A DNA stretch of 31,513 bases. It comes from an uncultured Eubacteriales bacterium (GTDB taxonomy: Bacteria; Bacillota; Clostridia; Oscillospirales; Acutalibacteraceae). Positions 25,613-31,513 of this stretch are shown here, one piece after another (within the stretch, counting starts at the first letter, position 1; the number at the start of each line of letters is the position of its first letter). The notes beneath the pieces were generated by a model. That model saw only the letters and a list, made by a program, of their open reading frames with translations, did no database searches and had not been told where the DNA came from. The position numbers and the translations under genes are program-made. The stretch covers positions 1 to 31,513 of the forward strand of contig CAZPPO010000003.1 in NCBI GenBank assembly GCA_964588475.1, written 5' to 3'.

Positions 25613-27166
25613 TTGGAATGGATTGATTCTATTATTGGAATCATCGTAGGAGCGATGATTTTCGGTATAGCAGGCTTTATAATCGGAGTTAAGCATCGGA
25701 AAAAGGTTGCAGAGCGAGCCATAGGATCGGCAACCGATGAAGCGGCAAGAATTCTTAACACCGCGATGACTCAGGCAGAACAAAAGAAAAAGGAAGCTAT
25801 TTTAGAGGCAAAAGACGAAATTCACAGACAAAGAACAGAAACGGAAAGGGAGCTTCGAGAGCGAAGAAGTGAGGTTCAAAGACAGGAAAGAAGGATAATC
25901 CAAAAGGAAGAGAGCCTCGACAAAAAAACAGAGAATTTAGAAAAAAAGGAAGAGCAGTTAGCTCAAAAAATCAGAGATGCAGAGGACAGACTCTCAGAAG
26001 CAGAAAGCATCAAAAGAAGTCATTTTGAGATGCTTGAGAGAATTTCAGGTTATACAAAGGAGCAAGCGAAGTCTTACCTCTTAAAGAATTTAGAGGACGA
26101 GCTGACACACGAAAAGGCTGTTAAAATACTTGAATATGAACAGAGAACCAAGGATGAAATGGATACAACTGCGCGTGAAATAATTTCTACCGCAATCCAG
26201 CGTTGTGCCGCAGACCATGTCGCTGAAACAACAGTATCTGTTGTTAACCTGCCTAACGATGAGATGAAGGGTAGAATAATAGGTCGTGAAGGGCGCAATA
26301 TCAGAACCCTTGAAACAATAACGGGTGTCGACCTTATTATTGACGATACGCCGGAGGCGATTACAGTCTCAAGCTTTGATCCGATTAGAAGGGAAATAGC
26401 GCGTCTTACTCTTGAAAGGCTCATTACGGACGGAAGAATACATCCTGCCCGTATAGAGGAAATGTATGAAAAGGTAAAAAGGGAAGTAGAGCAAACGATA
26501 AAGCAGACAGGCGAAAGAGCTCTTGTGGACTCAGGTGTCAACGGGGTACACAGCGAGCTTGTAAGGCTTTTGGGCAGACTGAAATACCGTACGAGTTACG
26601 GTCAAAATGTTTTGAATCACTCTCTTGAGGTATCATATATAGCAGGTCTTATGGCAGCTGAAATAGGGGCAGATGTAAAAATCGCCAAGCGGGCAGGACT
26701 GCTTCACGATATAGGCAAGGCTCTTGACCATGAATTTGAGGGTTCTCATATTGAGCTTGGTGTAGAGGTTGCCAAGAAGAATAAGGAAAGCGAGCAGATA
26801 GTCCACGCAATACATGCACACCATGGCGATGTAGAGGCTAAAACTGTTGTTGCGTGTCTTGTACAGGCTGCGGACGCCGTATCTGCGGCAAGACCCGGGG
26901 CAAGAAGAGAGAATGTAGAAAGCTATATAAAGCGTCTTGAAAAGCTTGAGGAGATTACCACTTCATTTGAGGGAGTCGAAAAATCATTTGCGATTCAAGC
27001 AGGTCGTGAGGTTCGCATTATGGTTAAACCCGAGGTTATTTCCGATGACCAAATGGTTTTGGTGGCAAGAGACATAGTAAAGAAAATCGAAGGCGAGCTT
27101 GAATATCCCGGTCAGATTAAAGTCCATATTATCAGAGAGAGCAGAGCTATAGAGTACGCGAAATAA
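25613..27166 (+). CDS. rny: Ribonuclease Y
   Basis: N-terminal TM helix, coiled coil, KH domain ([14 protein letters not shown]) and HD domain ([13 protein letters not shown]...LLHDIGKA). TTG 25613 follows GGAGG; the ORF track gives 25547. Confidence 0.97.
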   Translation: MEWIDSIIGIIVGAMIFGIAGFIIGVKHRKKVAERAIGSATDEAARILNTAMTQAEQKKKEAILEAKDEIHRQRTETERELRERRSEVQRQERRIIQKEESLDKKTENLEKKEEQLAQKIRDAEDRLSEAESIKRSHFEMLERISGYTKEQAKSYLLKNLEDELTHEKAVKILEYEQRTKDEMDTTAREIISTAIQRCAADHVAETTVSVVNLPNDEMKGRIIGREGRNIRTLETITGVDLIIDDTPEAITVSSFDPIRREIARLTLERLITDGRIHPARIEEMYEKVKREVEQTIKQTGERALVDSGVNGVHSELVRLLGRLKYRTSYGQNVLNHSLEVSYIAGLMAAEIGADVKIAKRAGLLHDIGKALDHEFEGSHIELGVEVAKKNKESEQIVHAIHAHHGDVEAKTVVACLVQAADAVSAARPGARRENVESYIKRLEKLEEITTSFEGVEKSFAIQAGREVRIMVKPEVISDDQMVLVARDIVKKIEGELEYPGQIKVHIIRESRAIEYAK

Positions 27167-27173
27167 ATTAAAG

Positions 27174-27210
27174 CTGCCGCGAAACGGAAATTTCTCGGCA
27201 GTATTGTTTT
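27174..27210 (+). terminator. Hairpin between rny and ymdB (partial terminator or processing site)
   Basis: CTGCCG-C-GAAA / loop CGGAAA / TTTC-T-CGGCAG followed by TATTGTTTT. Confidence 0.5.
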
Positions 27211-27224
27211 AGTCAGGAGCGCAC

Positions 27225-27995
27225 ATGCTGATATTTACAGTCGGGGATGTAGTAGGCAAGGAAGGGTGCAATTTCCTTGTTTCGCATCTTCCGGCATATA
27301 AAAAAATAAACGCAATAGATTTATGCTTGGTTAACGGAGAAAATTCAGCGCAGGGGAACGGCATTACGCCTGATTCCTGTGAACAGCTTTTTCTTGCCGG
27401 AGCCGATGTTGTTACTACGGGAAATCATGTTTTCAGAAGAAACGATGTTTGGAATTATTTAAGCAGTACAAAGCCAGTGATTCGTCCTGCGAATTATAAT
27501 GAAAACAATCCCGGAAAAGGCTATTATATTGCCGACAAGGGCAGATATCGCTGCGGAGTAATTAACCTTATGGGCACAGCCTTTCTGGAAGCTCTTGAAA
27601 ATCCCTTTGTTTGCATTGAAAGGGTATTAAAGGAGCTTTCCGATTGCAAGATTATAGTCGTTGACTTTCACGCCGAAGCTACCGCCGAAAAGAAAGCGAT
27701 GGGCTTTTATCTTGACGGGAAGGTAACGGCGGTTGTGGGGACACATACGCATGTGCAAACCGCAGATGAGCAGATTTTACCGGGGGGCACCGCTTACCTG
27801 ACGGACTTAGGGATGACAGGTCCCGTTAATTCTGTTTTAGGAATCAAACCCGAGCTTGTAATATCAAAGTTTAAGTACCTAATGCCTGTTCGCTTTGAAA
27901 ATGCTCTCGGAGATATAATGATGTGCGGCTGTCTTATAGAAGCGGACGAAAAAACCGGGAAAGCAATTTCAATTGAAAGAGTGATAATCAAATGA
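27225..27995 (+). CDS. ymdB: YmdB-like metallophosphoesterase (2',3'-cyclic phosphodiesterase family)
   Basis: GDVVG, NGEN, TTGNH, RPANY, DFHAEATAEK, GTHTHVQTAD and TDLGMTGP, in conserved rny-ymdB synteny. Confidence 0.93.
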   Translation: MLIFTVGDVVGKEGCNFLVSHLPAYKKINAIDLCLVNGENSAQGNGITPDSCEQLFLAGADVVTTGNHVFRRNDVWNYLSSTKPVIRPANYNENNPGKGYYIADKGRYRCGVINLMGTAFLEALENPFVCIERVLKELSDCKIIVVDFHAEATAEKKAMGFYLDGKVTAVVGTHTHVQTADEQILPGGTAYLTDLGMTGPVNSVLGIKPELVISKFKYLMPVRFENALGDIMMCGCLIEADEKTGKAISIERVIIK

Positions 27996-29512
27996 AACGC
28001 GTAGTTAAAATAACGTCTTTGCTATTATGCGCAGCGTTTGTTTTGATTTTTTCGGGCTGTGAGGGCGAACCAGGCGAGACTGACACGAATTCCTTTGTTT
28101 CCGTAAAACAGAGCGCGCCGATTAAAAACGCAAAAGCGGAAATAACGGTGGCATATGTCGATTTAGATTCAATCAATCCATATAGGGCTAAAAGCGTTAT
28201 AAACAAGCAGCTCATATATTTGCTTCATGCTGGTCTTTTTCAGCTTGAAGATGACCTGTCGATCTCTTGCGTAATTGCAAAGTCATATGAAATTAATAAA
28301 AATGAGATTATCGTAACAATTAAGGACGAGGCGGCATTTTCCGATAAAACGCCGGTTTTGTCAAGTCATGTAGTTCAATCACTAAAGGCAGCAAAGGACT
28401 CTTCACTTTATTCGAAAATGTTAAGCAGTGTAAAAAGCGCAAGGGAGCTTTCAGACAGGAAGGTCTTATTCACATTCTATGAAGAGGATGTTTTTGCTCT
28501 TAATTTGTTGAGCTTTCCTATTATTAAATCCAATACGGACAATCCCAAGGGAGCCGGTAAATATTCGCTTGAATATAAGGGGGATAGACCTTATCTCAAA
28601 CTCAATAACCGAAGCTTACTTTATTCCATGTCGCAAAATAACGAGATATCTCTTTATAATGTCGGCTCGGGCGAAAACGAGCAATACGCTTTTATTACCG
28701 GCAAGACTTCTGTTTATATAGACACACTCGAGGATAATGAATACCATAAGCTGTCCTCAAAGACCGCCTGTGTTGAAACAACTAAGCTCGTGTTTATCGG
28801 GGCAAATTCAAAATCCGGAGAATCATCTTGGTCCTGGCTTAGAAGAGCGGTCAATATAGGTATAGACCGCACAAAAGTCGCCGGCGCTCCGCTTTTAGGT
28901 CAAAGCGTGCCTGCTTCAACAGTGTTTCATCCCGATTTTTACGCACTTGAGGAGATAGCGATTACACACTCTCAAGGAGACAAGGAGACGGCTGATAGAA
29001 TTTTAGATGAAAACGGTTTTTCGTCTGAGAATTCACACGGCTTCAGAAGAAAGGGCTCTCTTACCCTGACGTTGAATGTTTTAGTTTGCGACGATAATCC
29101 GCTGAAGGTTAATTTGGCGGAAGCCTTTAAGGAGGATATGAAGGAGCTTGGAATTAAAATTAATATTGACAAACAGGCACCAAAAATATATTCCGAAAAG
29201 CTCGAAAGCGGCAAATTTGATTTTTATATAGGCGAAATTATGCTTTGCCCGAATTTTGCACTTGACAGCTTTTTTACAAAGGGAGGCGCGGCTAACTTCG
29301 GCATAAATGAGAATAGCTGCGTGAATTACTTTCGGTTTAAGAATGGTAAAATGAGCATAAGCAATTATCTTAAGAGTTTTTCCTTAGAGATACCCTTTAT
29401 TCCGGTATGCTACCGCAGGAGCGTTATGTCGTATGACAGTGTGCTAAAAGGCGTGGAAACGGCATTTGATGACCCCTATTGTTCTGTTTACTCATGGACC
29501 TTGTCCGATTAA
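27992..29512 (+). CDS. Family-5 (OppA/DppA-like) ABC solute-binding lipoprotein, orphan
   Basis: Lipobox IFSG-C, SINPY...L..GLFQL, FSDKTPV...V..SL, GAGKY, LRRAVNIGIDR and GKFDFYI. No permease or ATPase genes are adjacent. Confidence 0.75.
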   Translation: MKRVVKITSLLLCAAFVLIFSGCEGEPGETDTNSFVSVKQSAPIKNAKAEITVAYVDLDSINPYRAKSVINKQLIYLLHAGLFQLEDDLSISCVIAKSYEINKNEIIVTIKDEAAFSDKTPVLSSHVVQSLKAAKDSSLYSKMLSSVKSARELSDRKVLFTFYEEDVFALNLLSFPIIKSNTDNPKGAGKYSLEYKGDRPYLKLNNRSLLYSMSQNNEISLYNVGSGENEQYAFITGKTSVYIDTLEDNEYHKLSSKTACVETTKLVFIGANSKSGESSWSWLRRAVNIGIDRTKVAGAPLLGQSVPASTVFHPDFYALEEIAITHSQGDKETADRILDENGFSSENSHGFRRKGSLTLTLNVLVCDDNPLKVNLAEAFKEDMKELGIKINIDKQAPKIYSEKLESGKFDFYIGEIMLCPNFALDSFFTKGGAANFGINENSCVNYFRFKNGKMSISNYLKSFSLEIPFIPVCYRRSVMSYDSVLKGVETAFDDPYCSVYSWTLSD

Positions 29513-29525
29513 TTTTTTATAGAAC

Positions 29526-29554
29526 TTGTTTTTAGGCTAATTTTAGTATATAAT
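29526..29554 (+). promoter_or_regulatory. Putative sigma-A promoter for the last gene
   Basis: TTGTTT (29526-29531), 17 nt, TATAAT (29549-29554). Confidence 0.6.
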
Positions 29555-29607
29555 AATCAGACAGCCGATAAATTTTTGGATTGTATTTATATTAAGGAGG
29601 AAGCCAA

Positions 29608-31362
29608 ATGGATCCCATTAAAGTTGACTTTTCGGGAAAGGGTAGAGCAAAGGAATTATATATACCGCCTGAGAGGGCAGGTCTCAAAACAATAATAAGT
29701 GTTTTATTAACATTGATAGTTGCGGTTGTAGCCTTTTATTTTATGCTTCCCGCCATCAATATTAAAGCTTATGATTTTTATTCCTATATAGGCGTTGTAT
29801 TGATTTCTTACATTGTATTCACCTTTATTTCCTCAAAAGCGTTTGCCAGACCCGAGTATATCCCTTATGTTAAAAAAAGATCCTTTGTGCCTATAATAAT
29901 AGGTCTTATATTCGCAATAATTCTCGGGATTGGATATCTTTCCTCTGCCTTACTTTTCAGAGCAAAGACATACAGCAAGATAATTTCCGTTGAGGAACAA
30001 CAGTTCGGCGATGAGTCGGGAATTACCAATATCTCTGGAATTTCCGATTTTGAAAAAATTCCAATGATTGACGCAGATGTGGCAGCAAATTTAGGGAATA
30101 AAAAGCTCGGCGATCTTGCCCAATTTGTTTCGCAGTTTGTTATTGATAATCCGTATTCGACTCAAATTAACTTCAGAGGGGTACCAACAAGAATTTTACC
30201 TTTAAAGTACGGTGATTTTTTTAAGTGGTTTAATAACAGAGGTAATGGAATTCCCGCATATATCGCCGTAAATATGTATACACAGGAGGCAAATGCGGTA
30301 ACGGTTGAGGGCGGAATTAAATATTCTTCGTCCGAGTATTTTGGCAGGAAGCTTGCCAGGGTGCTTCGTTTAACTTATCCGACATATATGTTCGGTGTTC
30401 CTTCGCTTGAGATTAACGAGGAAGGCGAGCCGTGGTGGATTTGCGAACGAATTGACAAGACTATTGGTCTTGTCGGCGGAGAGGACGTTATAGGTCTTGT
30501 AATGGTTAATGCACGCACCGGCGAAACAAAGGAGTACAGCATTGACCAGGTTAATGCCGAAAACTCAGATATTAAATGGGTTGACCAGGTTTATTCGGCG
30601 GATTTGCTTAACAAGCAGTATAATTATTATGGAAAATATTATGGCGGGTTTTTTAACTCCTTTATTGGACAAACAGGCGTGAAAATTACAACGAGCGGAT
30701 ACAGCTACCTTACGAATAATGACGACGTTTGGATGTACACGGGCGTAACCTCCGTTACAAATGACGATTCCATAATAGGCTTCGCTTTAATAAACCAGAG
30801 AACAAAAAAAGCGTTTTTCCAAAAAATATCCGGTACTACTGAAGCGGGAGCTCAAGCTTCGGCAGAGAGTATAGTAAGTGACAAGGGCTGGAGAGCCACC
30901 TTCCCTCTTGTGCTCAATATTAAAGGCGAAGCGACTTATTTTATGGCGCTTAAGGATAATAATGTTGTAAAGAGCTATGCAATGGTCAGCGTAGAGCGCG
31001 TACAGGATGCCGCAAGAAGTCCTAATGACGATTATCCGAACCTTGTGGCTTGCCTTAAGTCCTATGAAAGCACTGTAAAAGCAAGCGGCATTAACCTAAG
31101 ATTTAATTATGAGGGCAAGGAAACGCAGCTTGATACGTCCTTGTATGAATCCATAACAGGTGTTGTAGAGGATATCAGGACAGCTGTTATAGGCGGAGAA
31201 AGCGTTTATTACATTAAGCTTAAGGACTCTTTAGCATACTATAGTATTTCGGCAAGCCTGTCCGATGAGGCAATTATTCTAAGCAAGGGGGACACCGTAA
31301 CAATTGCCTTCGAAAAGAGAGAGGACAAAATTATTCCCGCACAGGACATTAAGCTTAAGTAA
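29608..31362 (+). CDS. Conserved membrane-anchored hypothetical protein (three N-terminal TM helices and a large soluble domain)
   Basis: Long intact ORF with RBS AAGGAGGA. It resembles a widespread Firmicute family of unknown function (VSQF..QINF..P.R..PL.YGDFFKW, ATFPL.LNI.G..TYFMALKD). This is recognition from memory, not a database hit. Confidence 0.8.
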   Translation: MDPIKVDFSGKGRAKELYIPPERAGLKTIISVLLTLIVAVVAFYFMLPAINIKAYDFYSYIGVVLISYIVFTFISSKAFARPEYIPYVKKRSFVPIIIGLIFAIILGIGYLSSALLFRAKTYSKIISVEEQQFGDESGITNISGISDFEKIPMIDADVAANLGNKKLGDLAQFVSQFVIDNPYSTQINFRGVPTRILPLKYGDFFKWFNNRGNGIPAYIAVNMYTQEANAVTVEGGIKYSSSEYFGRKLARVLRLTYPTYMFGVPSLEINEEGEPWWICERIDKTIGLVGGEDVIGLVMVNARTGETKEYSIDQVNAENSDIKWVDQVYSADLLNKQYNYYGKYYGGFFNSFIGQTGVKITTSGYSYLTNNDDVWMYTGVTSVTNDDSIIGFALINQRTKKAFFQKISGTTEAGAQASAESIVSDKGWRATFPLVLNIKGEATYFMALKDNNVVKSYAMVSVERVQDAARSPNDDYPNLVACLKSYESTVKASGINLRFNYEGKETQLDTSLYESITGVVEDIRTAVIGGESVYYIKLKDSLAYYSISASLSDEAIILSKGDTVTIAFEKREDKIIPAQDIKLK

Positions 31363-31513
31363 AAATTAGTGTTGTCCTAAGGATTTACGAACAAAAAAAG
31401 GCAGGTACAGCTTTAGATAGGTGTCCGTAAAACAGTAATCCAACAAAAATTACGATTGTGGGCATCTGTCAGGCGGGATTGGTCGAGAATAGGCGGTATT
31501 CGGGATAACCGAG

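Noticed and set aside
140-29214. Remaining short ORFs nested in or antisense to the long genes
   Set aside because: Each overlaps a gene with a clear family assignment, and none shows its own RBS with a recognisable motif.
31363-31513. GC-richer tail as a possible RNA gene or the end of a convergent CDS
   Set aside because: I find no tRNA, rRNA, tmRNA or intron motif. One minus-strand frame is open from the window edge for about 30 codons, which is too short to call.
1-31513. CRISPR arrays, IS elements, prophage, defence systems, tRNA or rRNA genes, frameshifted pseudogenes
   Set aside because: There are no spaced repeats and no transposase, integrase or nuclease motifs. All recognised genes are intact and composition looks uniform by eye. 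The co-location of rnpB, rnpA, cca, rny and jag is noted, but each sits in a separate ordinary transcription unit.

Overview
A 31.5 kb, mostly housekeeping chromosomal segment from a low-GC Firmicute. The gene set (Prp-processed L27, T-box, rny-ymdB, 3D/G5 protein) and a type A RNase P RNA point to Clostridia, probably Ruminococcaceae/Oscillospirales-like; this placement is by eye. I count 28 CDS, including rpmH (19733..19867), which the ORF track missed. The genes in order are: CoA-transferase B and thiolase; a heterodimeric ABC exporter; rplU-prp-rpmA; a secreted esterase; rnpB; a small membrane protein; a minus-strand run cca-GH2-metG-tatD-M14 peptidase; a divergent YabE-like G5/3D protein; glycerate kinase; rpmH-rnpA-yidD-yidC-jag; a Trp T-box followed by trpB2 and a short-chain chromate transporter pair; rny-ymdB and an orphan family-5 solute-binding lipoprotein; and a conserved membrane protein. 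I see no mobile element, CRISPR array, tRNA, rRNA or pseudogene, and no clearly novel multi-gene system. The best leads are: (1) a chromate-transporter pair apparently co-transcribed under a Trp T-box with a stand-alone TrpB2; (2) a structured 5' leader and repeat-rich upstream region of the YabE-like gene, partly resembling cyclic-dinucleotide riboswitches; (3) an RNase P RNA lacking the L15 GGU motif; (4) a probable CTG start for cca; (5) the rpmH-jag block separated from dnaA/oriC and mnmE. All calls come from motif reading; no searches or folding programs were run.
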